From: Piromyces finnis finn
Taxonomy: Eukaryota > Fungi > Neocallimastigomycota
Direction of reading: 5' to 3'
Length of the DNA stretch: 64,000 nt
Assembly: GCA_002104945.1 (NCBI GenBank)
Contig: MCFH01000036.1
Coordinates: 496,001-560,000 of the forward strand
The stretch's first letter is position 1; each line of letters starts with the position of its first letter. This document shows positions 14,298 to 30,661 of this stretch, one piece after another. The notes below the pieces were generated by a model that worked only from the letters and a program-made list of their open reading frames with translations, searched no databases and was not told where the DNA came from. The translations under genes and the position numbers were made by a program.

Positions 14298-17200
14298 CCC
14301 TCTTGGGAACGTGCCTTCATTTATTTAATAAATGTAGTTTCTCAAGGGGGTCTACTCATGCTCATGGTACTGAGAGAGTAGAAAGAATTAAATCCAAGTA
14401 TTGCGCAATGGATGCTTGGTTAGTCTTTAAGGGAAAATTATTAGGACTAAGCTCATGGTACTGAGCGATTAAAAAACATTTTATTCATCGAATTAAGTAT
14501 TTGATGAATAAGTTGAATGTTTGATATTCAGGTAAGTTTGTATAGTATTTAATTAGAAGAGTAATACATTTTGTTGCTGTATTTTTTCTTTTATTCATGT
14601 ATTCATGTAGTACTACTCTTCTCTTGTAAGAATCCAATGTAGTCAACTTTAGCATTTGCATTGTATTTTTATATTCATGTAGCTATTGTTGTATTGTTTC
14701 TTGTAAGAGACTGATTCACTCTACATCATGTAAAAATACTATTCACAAGCTTTCTGGTGTCGACATTCTTGATTCAAATTTTTTACCAATTTAAATATTT
14801 AATGAAAAGTAAGTCAAACAAGTTTAGTGTCAAAAAGCGATTCGAATTTACTAACAACAAACCAAAACTAGAATTTTTAAAGAAAATTTACAACTAGAAT
14901 TCAAAAAAAGAAACTTTAAACAAAGCATCGTAACAATTTTTGTACTATCCAGTACTTTTAAGAAGAGAGAGAGAGACAGATTTTTTTTCCATATACGTTA
15001 TATTTATAATTTTTATTAGTATTTATTTTATATTCAATATTTTTAATTAGAATTTATTATCATGTCAGTCCTTTATATTAAAGATAAGAATTATATCAGA
15101 CGTGGTACCCGGTCTTATGGTATCCCCTTAGATGATATTCGCTCCTTCTTTATCCGTGGTATTCGATCATGGTCAGTAAATATGCTATGGGAAAAACTCG
15201 AGGTTATTCTAGAAGATAAATTTAATTCAGTTATTAGTGTTAAATATTTTCAGACTTTCAATGATCACTTTTTCTTAGTCAAGGTTCATGGTTCATCGAA
15301 AGATTGTATTAAAATCTTACACATGTTAAAGAAGAAACTTTCAGTTACCTCAATTTCCTTTTCAGCTCGTAGTAGAAGGAATCACAAATACGCTTTTTCC
15401 ACTCTCAAACGTAAAATTTTAGTTTCTAATAAACATCAACATTCTATTCAACAATCATTTCAACAATCAGTTCAACAATCTCATCAACAATCCGATCTTC
15501 AACTAGATCTTCAACAAGATCTTCAACAAGTTTCCAATCATGAAAATATTCCAGATCTACAGCAAACACAATTTCAATCTCAACATTCAACAATTAATTC
15601 TAATAGCTCTATCAACTCTGATAACAGTTCAATAGTTGATAGTTCTTCAGTTTCACAGCCATCTAGTAATAGTTCTACTTATTCCTCTGATGCATCATCC
15701 ATTAATAACGATGACTTTAATAATAATAATAATAGCAACGATTCTTCCTCATCCAACAAGCCTGATAACTTTTCTTTTTGTCTTAGTTGGAACACCAATG
15801 GGTGGAATCACGAAAAGAGAGATAGTATTAGCTATTTCACAGCTATTTTCAAACCATTATTTTTATGTTTCCAAGAAACTGGTAATGGTTCTGGATCGAA
15901 TACAGATTATCCTTGTCGTGTTACTTTGCGAAACTATAGACACTTTTTCAAGAAAGCTGACGAATCAGTTCCGGGAATGAGAGGTTTATATTTAGGTTTT
16001 CACAATTCATGTCAAGCCTCACTTGAAAACTTCTCTGGAAAGTATATTATTTCTATTTATACTTTTAGTCTCTGGAATAGATTCAAATGCTCGATTGGTA
16101 ATGTTTATATGCCTCATAGTCATCACAACATCTATGTTGATCATGCAAAGTTAGAAGTTCGCTTGTGGTTACAAACTCATTCATCCCATCCATCGATTCT
16201 TGTTGGTGATTTTAATATGTCTAAAGTAAAATTATCCAACTGGTTATCAACTAATGGATTAGGAGATTGGGAAATTCTTCCGCTTAGAGGGTCTACTATC
16301 TCTTGGACTCGAGGTGATCAATCTTCCGACATTGACCATGCTCTTATCAATTCGAAGATGAAAGATCTTATTCACTCAGGATCATTTATAAATAATTTTT
16401 ATCCTGTATCAGACCATAAGCCACTTCTTATTAATGGTAAAATTATTCCTATGGAAGGTTTTTCTAATGACTTTAATGTTCCTAAGAAAATTCTGAAATG
16501 GAATAGATTAAAATGTATTGAGGAAAAGGAATCTATTCTCAGTCATAATAAATTCCAAATACTTTCAGCAAAATTCAACGATCCTAATGTTTCTACAGAT
16601 GAACTTTCCAAAGAGTTTACTTCAACTGCTTTTTCAATTGCAGACGAGCTCAGTATTACCTCAGCAAATAATGTAATAAAGTCTTCATTTCATATTTCAC
16701 AACAAATTTTTAATCTCCAAAAAATCAAAATGAAGTTGTATAAGAGATTTAAAAAAGAAAGAATTTATGATATAGATGAATTTATTAAAAGAATTAAAAT
16801 CTACCGTAAGCTCATTGATTACATCCACAAAAGATGTAATGAATTTAGGAAACAAGAATATCTTCATTGGATTAAAACAGGATGTGAGTATATGAAGAGT
16901 CATAATCCTAAGAAGGCCTGGAAATGGATCAAGAAAACTGCAAAAATTGGAAAAGATTCTTTCTTTATTGCTCAACCAATTAAAAATAAAAATGGAGAAT
17001 TAGTTGTTGCTACGGAAGAACAACTAGATGTGTGGCATGATCATTTCGAAAACCTTGCATCAGATCCAAGTGGTGTAAGTCTTGATTTGGAGCATTTGTA
17101 TGAAGAACCAATGAATAAACGTTTTTCACTTCCTATGCTTGATGAGTGGGATATCAACCAAGATATTAGTATTGATGAAGTCAAGTCAGCTATCCTCACT

Positions 17201-19866
17201 ACTCCAAATTATAAAGCATCAGGTCCGGATGGTATTCCAATTGAATTTTACAAAGCATTAATTCCATCAAGTAATGATTCTAATAATGCTACAGATAATA
17301 ATTCTTCCGGTAATACCACTTCAGATAATGATGCTCATGGTTTAAATTTTATTCTTAAATTATTCAACCGTATTTGGGATGGAGACTTCCCCAACTCATG
17401 GAATGAATCCAGTATTGTTTCTATTCCTAAGAAGGGAGATTTGACAGATTGTGATAAATATCGAGGTATATCACTTATCAATAATGGCATTAAGTTGATT
17501 TCCAAAATTGTCACCACTAGAATCTCAGAATATGGTCTAAAGAATAATTTCATTAGACCTGAACAATTTGGTTTTCGAAAAAAGGAAGAAAGTATCAGTC
17601 TTTTCATTTCAATCCAAGAAATATGCCGTAGACGTCAATTAGATAATAAAGAGACATATTTGGCCTTTTTAGATCTCAGGAAAGCATACGATTCAGTCCC
17701 AATCGGTAATATTCTCCATAAATTAGATTGTTTAGGAATCCGAGGGTAAGAGTTTACAATTTATCAAAAATTTATATTTAACATCTAAGGCTAATGTCAA
17801 ATTAGATGGACAATTCTCGAAATCTTTTGATGTGAAGAAAGGAGTCCGTCAAGGATGCCCTCTTTCTCCTATTCTCTTTAATCTCTTTATTAATGATATA
17901 TTTAAAGAGTGCGAAGATCTTGGAGTCAGTTTAGGTGACACTCGATGCTGTGGTGGACTTTTTGCAGATGATATAGTTATTTGTGCTCCAACAAGAGGAT
18001 GCTTAAAAAAGATGCTTAGAAGAGTTAATGAATGGGCCTTGTATAATGAAATGGAATTTGGTATCCAGAAATGTTCAACGATGGTGATTCGTCCTGAATC
18101 AATAGAAAATCAGATCAAGAGAGATCCAACATTTTACTTAGCAGGACAACCCATTCCAACTACTGATTGTTATACTTATCTTGGTGTTCCATTTGATAAG
18201 AATCTGTCCCTTAAACCAGTAATTAAAGCTCTTAATAACAAGGTTTTGAAAGGACTTTTTTCAGTCAGTAAATTCTTAAGAAATCCTAATATTCCTATTC
18301 CCTTCAAAAAGCTAGTACTTAACTCACAAGTGATTAGCAGAGTTTCATACTTTGCACCATTACTTGGATCCAACAAAGCTAGGTCTAGAATTGCTCAGAA
18401 GCATGTTAACAAAGGAATACGATGGGTTGCCGGAGTTCATAAAGCTGTATCGTTTATATCTTTATACTCTATCTCAAAAGATTTGAATATTCCTCCATTG
18501 TCAGCCAAATGTGCATTAGCTCAGGTTAGATGTTTTAACAAATGGAAAAACTCAAATTGTATTATCTCACACCTTGTCAATTACATTCCTAAATTTAGAA
18601 AATACACGTGGTGCAAATCAAGTAGGACACTTGATAAAAAATTAAAGAAACATGGAGATGTTAAAGCAGTTAAAAACTTTTATTGGAAAGATCTCAAAGG
18701 AAATTCAATCAAAGCGCAATATTATGATGATAATAAATTTATTGAAACTAAAGATTTTATTAAATTATGTTATGAGTACCCAGAGTTTGCCTATGGCTTC
18801 TACTGGCTCTTGAAAGCAAGAAGCGGATACAAGTTGGATGCTAGAGTTGCCAAAGCTGCTAAATTTGTTGATCCAGTTTGTCCTAACTACTGTCCATGTT
18901 GCAAGTGTGGTGTTCAAAGTATTAAACATTGGTTATTAGATTGTCCAACATTTAGAGATATCCGTATTAAACATTATGATTCCATAGTCCAGCTACTAAA
19001 TTTTTTCAGTCAACGTAATTCCAATAGTCCTATCAATAATAATGAAAATGTTAATATCAGTAGAGATAGCAATAACATTAATAGTAATAGTAACAATAGT
19101 AGTAATAACAATAGTAATAGTAACAATAGTAATAATAACAATAGTAGTAATAGAAATAGTAATAATAACAATAGTAGTAATAGAAATAATAATATTAGTA
19201 ATGATAGCTATAGTGAAGATAATAATTCTAATTTAGATAGTAATTTAGTTAATGATAGTAATAGTTCTAATAATCCGGTGAATATTAATGTGTATGATTA
19301 TTCTAGTGTGTGCAGTAAAATATTTAAATTCCTTCTTGGGGGAAGAAGTTTTAACAATATTAATTACAATTCAAGGGAATGGAAAGAACTTTGTAAGCGT
19401 CAGATTCAATCTGGTACTAATGAAGGAGCACCATTCTTGACGGTAACCGCGGAACTTCTAACCAAAATCATGCCTTTTGCTATTGGCCAGCAATGGTCAA
19501 TGTTCAAAAGGTTTGAAGCAACATCCAAGAGCGTCAATGCTGAAGAAACAGTAAGACAGGCCAGGAGGGCCAGCGCAACCAATGGAGATCATAATTTTGT
19601 TCCATGACAAATTTTTGATCTTTGGCTCGGTGTCCCATTGGAAGTCAAATACAATTATTATACTTTAGTATGATAGTGGCTTTCTTACTTTAATTAAAAT
19701 TACTAGAATACATTATACCCAATTTTTATTCATTTGTGTTTATTTAAACATATTTTTTTTTATTTTTATTTTAATTTTAATTTTTTTATTACATATATTA
19801 TAATTTTAATTAAATTAATAATAAAGTTTAAAATATTTGATGCCGTTAAAAAAAAAAAAAAAAAAA
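14298..19866 (+). mobile_element. Full-length APE-type non-LTR retrotransposon (LINE), ~5.57 kb, with poly(A) and 13-bp TSD
   Basis: TSD AATGTCAAAATAT at 14285-14297 and 19867-19879; poly(A) from 19848; 764-bp 5' UTR; the 3' 3.3 kb is nearly identical to the copy at 54570-57864. Confidence 0.95.
15062..19607 (+). pseudogene. LINE polyprotein (RRM-like N-terminus, AP endonuclease, reverse transcriptase, CCHC finger), ~1,514 aa, split by a +1 frameshift at ~17745
   Basis: APE motifs SWNTNG, FQETG, LVGDFN, IDH, SDHKP; RT motifs ASGPDGIP, YRGISL, QFGFR, FLDLRKAYDSV, GVRQGCPLSPILF, LFADD; CPCCKC..HWLLDC. CGAGGGTAAG here versus CGAGGTAAG in the second copy. Confidence 0.9.
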
Positions 19867-20922
19867 AATGTCAAAATATATAATAGAGTTTAATGAAATG
19901 TATATATAAAAAACATTTATGGAGAAAAGTTATATGTAAGTAATGGTTTATTACCATATTAAAATATATTTATTTTTGATAGTTTCTGATATTTAAACCA
20001 TTTTAATTAAGGAATATATAAATATATAAGTATATATATCTAAGATAATTAATGAAAAAGAAAATAAATAAATAATAATGATTCATAAATCAATTAAAAG
20101 CATTATTCCTCATTATTATAAATGAAATTATTTAATATTTTAAAATAATGTAATATTCGTATTAAGATTATTCAAAAAAGTATACATTTATTATAAAATG
20201 CTGTAAGATATTGTAAGATATCATTATTATAAAGGATCAGCATATAAAATATTAGTAAATATTCTGCTAAATTATCGGTTTTTAAAGATGGTCTGGCATG
20301 ATTTCAATGATTTTTATTGTCTTTCTTGGTAAAAATTTAAAAATTCTTTTTAAAAAAAAAAATTCTACAAATTGGTGGAAAAATTAATAAAAAAAATTTT
20401 TTAAAAAAATTTTTTTCTATAGAAAAATCGACATTTAAAAATTTCTACAAAATTCTGTAATTTTATAGAAAAAGAATAATTTTAATTTTTTTTCTGTTTT
20501 TATAATTCATTAATAAAATAATAATAAAATAATTTAACGAAAGAAAGAAAGAAAGAAAAAAAGAGACTTTTTATTTTATATGAAAAAATAAAAATACCTC
20601 AAACATTCTTTTTTTTTTTTTTTAAATAATCATTATATTCATTATTTAATTATTAAATAAATAATATTAAAAATATTAATAAATAAAATATTATTAAATA
20701 TAAATAAAATAAATATTTAATATAAAAGCATTATATATAACTATATAACTATATAACTTATATATTATCAATAATTTAAAATTAATATATAAAATTAAAA
20801 CCAATTATAAAATAACAATTATAAAATAACAATTATAAAATAACAATTATAAAATAACAATCATCATATAATTAAAATATATATTTAAAAAAAAGAAATA
20901 TCAAAATATCAAAATATCAAAA

Positions 20923-21567
20923 ATGTCTTTATTCTTTTTAAATGATCCAATTCGTGAAAGTGACCGTTCTATCTTAAATAATTCTATCTTGGATGATAAC
21001 AAGTGTGATTTATCTGATGATGGTAATAATTATTCTCATTCTTTCACTTCCGCTGTTTTCCCTGGTTTCTTCTTTGGTTATCCTCCTTATGCTTATCCTA
21101 CTCAACTTCATTCTAATGCCATCACCACTGCTAAACCAAATACAAAAGCTACCGCCGGTAAATCAAATACAAAATCTAGTGTTAAAGGACAATCATCCTA
21201 CCGTCCATTTGATAAAGATGTTTATAAATTAGTTGATTTCCGTCCAAAGAATAATTTATGTGAAGATGAAAAGAATTATTATATTCAAATTGATTTACCA
21301 GGGATGAGTAAAGAACAAATTCATATGGAACTAACAGAAGATAATATTATTAGTATTTCAGGAGAAAGAGCAAAGAAAAATAATGTTGAAGGAATGAAAT
21401 ATTCAAAAATGGAATGTGAATATGGTAAATTTTCAAGATCCTTTAGTATTCCTGAAACAGGAGATATTGAAAAGATTGAAGCTAAAATGGAAAATGGAGT
21501 ATTAGAAGTTATTATTCCTAAAATTTCAATACCAAAAACTCAACGTCGTACAATTTTAGTACAATAA
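20923..21567 (+). CDS. HSP20: Small heat-shock protein, copy b, 214 aa
   Basis: Near-identical to copy a; shares ~720 bp of upstream sequence (20206-20922 vs 12158-12878). Confidence 0.95.
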   Translation: MSLFFLNDPIRESDRSILNNSILDDNKCDLSDDGNNYSHSFTSAVFPGFFFGYPPYAYPTQLHSNAITTAKPNTKATAGKSNTKSSVKGQSSYRPFDKDVYKLVDFRPKNNLCEDEKNYYIQIDLPGMSKEQIHMELTEDNIISISGERAKKNNVEGMKYSKMECEYGKFSRSFSIPETGDIEKIEAKMENGVLEVIIPKISIPKTQRRTILVQ

Positions 21568-21618
21568 CTATAATAAAATAAAATAAAATAATAAAAAAAA
21601 ATAAATGAAACCAACAAC

Positions 21619-21649
<31 letters not shown>

Positions 21650-22310
21650 TAATAACCAAATATAAATTCTATCTTATCCTTATTATCATTATTATTATAC
21701 ATTACTATTCTAAATATAACATATCCTAAAGTATTATATATCTTATATATATATACTAATAAAATCATAAAGATAAAATTACTTGTTAATTATTAACTCT
21801 TATTTCATGTAAATATCATATTTATGAATAAACTTAATTTAATAAAATAAATAAAAAAAGTTTTATTATAAAATATATTTTAATTTATTTTCATTTTTCT
21901 TTATTTGATTTTGGAATTTTTATTTACTTTTATAGAGTCAAAATGTATATAGATTTTTTCTTATAATAGTGGAATTAATAGTGGTACCTTTATAGAATCT
22001 TGTTAGTTTTATTTTATATTTTTAAGCACTATAAACGATACTTTTAATAGAATAATTTATTTATAAATTTATTTATTTGCTTGTTAGTTTATTATTCTTT
22101 CAATTTTTATTTTATGTATTATTAATTAATATATTTTTGTAATGATTTATATAATTTTTATTTTAATAAAAATAAAAACTAAACTATGAATATATAATTA
22201 AGTATTTTACATAGCACTTTTTTTCTTTGTATATTTATTTATTATTTTTATTTTCACTATGCATATTATGTATACTATGTATTAATATTGTTATTATTAA
22301 ATTTTTATTT

Positions 22311-25481
<3,171 letters not shown>

Positions 25482-26725
25482 TATTTATAACAATAATCCT
25501 TATTAATAATAAAAAATGCTACAATTATTAAAGCAAAGAATTAAAGAATTAATAGTTATTAATAAATAATTAATACAATAATGAATTATAATCATTAAAT
25601 ATTTAAATTAGATAATTTTTACACTTACAATTATACAGTTTTATTTATTTTAATTATTAAATAATTATTCTTTTCTTTATATTTAATAATAAAAATAAAT
25701 GTAATTAATTTTATTTTATTTTATTTTATTTTATTTTTTATAATTACAGTTTTAAATTCGAAATAAAATGTTTGCATATATATATCTCAATATGGAAAAA
25801 ACCTTTTTCAGGGACATTTTCCTTGTGTAACCTTTATCATTTTGAAATGATATTAATTAAAGTTTTATTATTAAAATTTTGTACTATTTAACGTTAAAAA
25901 TGGTAGAGTTGCTTATCATAATTATATTTATTAATCTTGTTAAAAATGAAAGCTTAATAATTATTAATCTATTAACTGTTATTTTAAGAAAAGATTGATC
26001 ATACCTTAATAATAATACTTGAATATCATCTTTTATTTGGTTGATTGAATAACTATTAGAAGACAATTTTTATAAAATCACTCTTTTAAATATTAAAACA
26101 AAAAAGAAGAAGACTATTTTCATTACTTTCATATAATTTTATAATTATATATATATAATTATAAAATATTCTTTTCTTTTGTCTTTTTAAAATGTTAAAA
26201 AAGTTTGATAAAATTTGATCAGTATTTGTTAATCTAAAGCCAATAAATATTTTACAATAATTTTAATAATAATTAAAATTTTTAATACATTAAATAATAA
26301 GATTTAAGTTACAGATAAATATTTTATTATAATTATTAACTTTATTTTTTATAATCGTTTACATGAAATTGAAATTAGTTTAATAACAAATATATATAAG
26401 AATTAATTAATTTACATATAATATTATAATATCATTTAATATTATTTATTATTTATAATATTATATATAGTTCATTTTATAATAGTAGGAGGTGAATGAA
26501 GTATTAAAGTAAAATATGTTTTATTAAATAAAATATAAGATATGTAATATATTTAATATTTTAAGATATGTTATATTTAGATAGTTATATATATTAATAA
26601 TAATGATAATAAGGATAAGATAGAATTTATATTTGGTTATTATTCATTTTTTTTTTTTTTTTTTTTTTTTTTGTTGTTGTTGGTTTCATTTATTTTTTTA
26701 ATTATTTTATTTTATTTTATTGTAG

Positions 26726-27370
26726 TTATTGTACTAGAATTGTACGACGTTGAGTTTTTGGTATTGAAATTTTAGGAATAATAACTTCTAATACTCCATT
26801 TTCCATTTTAGCTTCAATCTTTTCAATATCTCCTGTTTCAGGAATACTAAAGGATCTTGAAAATTTACCATATTCACATTCCATTTTTGAATATTTCATT
26901 CCTTCAACATTATTTTTCTTTGCTCTTTCTCCTGAAATACTAATAATATTATCTTCTGATAATTCCATATGAATTTGTTCTTTACTCATTCCTGGTAAAT
27001 CAATTTGAATATAGTAATTCTTTTCATCTTCGCATAAATTATTCTTTGGACGGAAATCAACTAATTTATAAACATCTTTATCAAATGGATGATAGGATGA
27101 TTGTCCTTTAACACTAGATTTTGTATTTGATTTACCGGCGGTAGTTTTTGTATTTGGTTTAGCAGTGGTGGCGGCATTAGAATGAAGATGAGTAGGATAA
27201 GCATAAGGAGGATAACCAAAGAAGAAACCAGGGAAAGCAGCGGAAGTGAAAGAATGAGAATAATCTTCACCGTCATCAGATAAATCACACTTGTTATCAT
27301 CCAAGATAGAATTATTTAAGATAGAACGGTCACTTTCACGAATTGGATCATTTAAAAAGAATAAAGACAT
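26726..27370 (-). CDS. HSP20: Small heat-shock protein, copy c, 214 aa
   Basis: Near-identical to copies a and b; 5' flank is the a/b type, 3' flank the a type. Confidence 0.95.
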   Translation of the reverse strand: MSLFFLNDPIRESDRSILNNSILDDNKCDLSDDGEDYSHSFTSAAFPGFFFGYPPYAYPTHLHSNAATTAKPNTKTTAGKSNTKSSVKGQSSYHPFDKDVYKLVDFRPKNNLCEDEKNYYIQIDLPGMSKEQIHMELSEDNIISISGERAKKNNVEGMKYSKMECEYGKFSRSFSIPETGDIEKIEAKMENGVLEVIIPKISIPKTQRRTILVQ

Positions 27371-28489
27371 TTTTGATATTTTGATATTTCTTTTTTTTAA
27401 ATATATATTTTAATTATATGATGATTGTTATTTTATAATTGTTATTTTATAATTGTTATTTTATAATTGTTATTTTATAATTGATTTTAATTTTATATAT
27501 TAATTTTAAATTATTGATAATATATAATATATAGTTTTATAGTTATATAAGTTATATAGTTATATAGTTGTATAGTTGTGTAGTTGAATAGTTGAATAGT
27601 TGTATAGTTATAACACTTTTATATTAAATATTTATTTTATTTATATTTAATAATATTTTATTTATTAATATTTTTAATATTATTTATTTAATAATTAAAT
27701 AATGAATATAATGATTATTTAAAAAAAAAAAAAAAAGAATGTTTGAGGTATTTATATTTTTTCATATAAAATAAAAAGTCTCTTTTTTTTCTTTCTTTCT
27801 TTCTTTCGTTAAATTATTTTATTATTATTTTATTAATGATTTATAAAAACAGAAAAAAAATTAAAATTATTCTCTTTCTATAAAATTACAGAATTTTGTA
27901 GAAATTTTTAAATGTCGATTTTTCTATAGAAGAAATTTTTTTAAAAAATTTTTTTTATTAATTTTTCCACCAATTTGTAGAATTTTTTTTTTTAAAAAGA
28001 ATTTTTAAATTTTTACCAAGAAAGACAATAAAAATCATTGAAATCATGCCAGACCATCTTTAAAAACCGATAATTTAGCAGAATATTTACTAATATTTTA
28101 TATGCTGATGCTTTATATGCTGATCCTTTATAATAATGATATCTTACAATATCTTACAGCATTTTATAATAAATGTATACTTTTTTGAATAATCTTAATA
28201 CGAATATTACATTATTTTAAAATATTAAATAATTTCATTTATAATAATGATGAATAATGCTTTTAATTGATTTATGAATCATTATTTTTTATTTATTTTC
28301 TTTTTCATTAATTGTTTTAGATATATATACTTATATACTTATATATTTATATATTTCTTAATTAAAATGGTTTGAATGTTAAAAAATTATCAAAAATAAA
28401 TATATTTTAATATGGTAATAAACCATTACTTACATATAACTTTTCTCCATAAATGTTTTTTATAAATACATTTCATTAAACTCTATCAT

Positions 28490-28502
28490 ATATTTTGACA
28501 TT
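28490..28502 (-). other. Empty (pre-insertion) paralogue of the LINE target site
   Basis: Single copy of ATATTTTGACATT (reverse complement of the TSD). Its flanks match the left flank (to 14297) and right flank (from 19867) of the LINE contiguously. Confidence 0.9.
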
Positions 28503-29291
28503 AACAACATAATAATAATAATAATAATAATAATAATGTTTTTATAAAAGTATATAAGATGTTTATATTTAAAATTTTCTCTTTCAAAAGTGTCAAAAGT
28601 GACATTAATGAAAAATTAAATAAGCATTTACTATTGGTTTTTAAAGTATCTTAATTCTTCTATTTATTAAGAAAGACAATTAATACTATACAACAATAAA
28701 TATATAACAATAAATATATAATAAAGAAATAAATAAAAGATGAATTTAATATTTATTTCAAATATTTATGATACTTAAAATTTTTAATAACATTTTCAAT
28801 TTTAAAAACACATTATATAATAACATACTAGATACACATTAAATACACTTTAAATACAAAACACACTTTATAATTTACCTAAATTTTAATCTTTTTTCTT
28901 TTTTTATTATAATTATTAACTTTATTTTTTATAATTATTTACATGAAATTGAAATCAGTTTAATAACAAATATATATAAGAATTAATTAATTTACATAAT
29001 AATATCATTTAATATTATTTATTATTTATAATATTATATATAGTTCATTTTATAATAGTAGGAGGTGAATGAAGTATTAAAGTAAAATATGTTTTATTAA
29101 ATAAAATATAAGATATGTAATATATTTAATATTTTAAGATATGTTATATTTAGATAGTTATATATATTAATAATAATGATAATAAGGATAAGATAGAATT
29201 TATATTTGGTTATTATTCATTTTTTTTTTTTTTTTTTTGTTGTTGTTGGTTTCATTTATTTTTTTAATTATTTTATTTTATTTTATTGTAG

Positions 29292-29936
29292 TTATTGTAC
29301 TAAAATTGTACGACGTTGAGTTTTTGGTATTGAAATTTTAGGAATAATAACTTCTAATACTCCATTTTCCATTTTAGCTTCAATCTTTTCAATATCTCCT
29401 GTTTCAGGAATACTAAAGGATCTCGAAAATTTACCATATTCACATTCCATTTTTGAATATTTCATTCCTTCAACATTATTTTTCTTTGCTCTTTCTCCTG
29501 AAATACTAATAATATTATCTTCTGTTAGTTCCATATGAATTTGTTCTTTACTCATCCCTGGTAAATCAATTTGAATATAATAATTCTTTTCATCTTCACA
29601 TAAATTATTCTTTGGACGGAAATCAACTAATTTATAAACATCTTTATCAAATGGATGATAGGATGATTGTCCTTTAACACTAGATTTTGTATTTGATTTA
29701 CCGGCGGTAGTTTTTGTATTTGGTTTAGCAGTGGTGGCGGCATTAGAATGAAGATGAGTAGGATAAGCATAAGGAGGATAACCAAAGAAGAAACCAGGGA
29801 AAGCAGCGGAAGTGAAAGAATGAGAATAATCTTCACCGTCATCAGATAAATCACACTTGTTATCATCCAAGATAGAATTATTTAAGATAGAACGGTCACT
29901 TTCACGAATTGGATCATTTAAAAAGAATAAAGACAT
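29292..29936 (-). CDS. HSP20: Small heat-shock protein, copy d, 214 aa
   Basis: Near-identical to the other copies; unique 5' flank shared head-to-head with copy g. Confidence 0.95.
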   Translation of the reverse strand: MSLFFLNDPIRESDRSILNNSILDDNKCDLSDDGEDYSHSFTSAAFPGFFFGYPPYAYPTHLHSNAATTAKPNTKTTAGKSNTKSSVKGQSSYHPFDKDVYKLVDFRPKNNLCEDEKNYYIQIDLPGMSKEQIHMELTEDNIISISGERAKKNNVEGMKYSKMECEYGKFSRSFSIPETGDIEKIEAKMENGVLEVIIPKISIPKTQRRTILVQ

Positions 29937-30266
29937 TTTTGATATTTTGATATTTTGATATTTCTTTTATATATATATTTTAATTATATGGTTGTTGTAA
30001 GAATAACTGGCTTTAATTAATATAAATACTATATAGATAACACAATATATATATATTATTTTTATACTTTTTAAAAATTGTTTGAATATTTATATTATTT
30101 ATAAATATTTTTAAAATAAAATTAATGAATTAAAAAAAATGCAAGTTTTTCAAAGGTATTTATAGAAAAACCTCCATTATTGAAAAAAAAAAAAAAAAAG
30201 AAAGAGTCTTTCAATGTAACCTCTTTTTTATAGATTAAATTTGATGACTCTTAATTATTAAACCAA

Positions 30267-30320
30267 AGAAAATTCTTGAAATTCTATAATTTTCTACAAT
30301 TTTATGGAATATTGTAGAAT
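30267..30320. promoter_or_regulatory. Heat-shock elements in the bidirectional d/g promoter
   Basis: Perfect aGAAaaTTCttGAAa (30267-30281), then eight in-register pentamers aTTCt aTAAt tTTCt aCAAt tTTAt gGAAt aTTGt aGAAt (30281-30320), midway between two divergent HSP20 ATGs. Confidence 0.7.
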
Positions 30321-30661
30321 AATGTATACATTAATTATATTTCTTTTATATATTAAAAAATTCTGTAACATTATTTCCACATTATTCGACCAAGAAATTT
30401 TTTAAAATTTTAATTAACCAAAACTTTATTAATTAATATTTTTAATAAGATAGTTATTTTAATTTTTTTTATTTAAATAGACCAAAAAAGTTCATCAAAA
30501 TTTTATTTTTAATCATTGTAATTTTTTAAATAAGTATTTCAAAGTTAAAAATTCAAATACTTTTTTTCTTTTAAAAGAATATAAAAAAAGAAAAATATAA
30601 GAATAAAAAGTTAAAAAAAAAATATTTAAAAATAATCTTATTATATAAAATAATATCAAAA

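Noticed and set aside
14360-14470. Hammerhead ribozyme in the LINE 5' UTR
   Set aside because: CTGAGAGA and CTGAGCGA do not fit the CUGANGA core, and I could not place GAAA or a cleavage triplet in a three-way junction.
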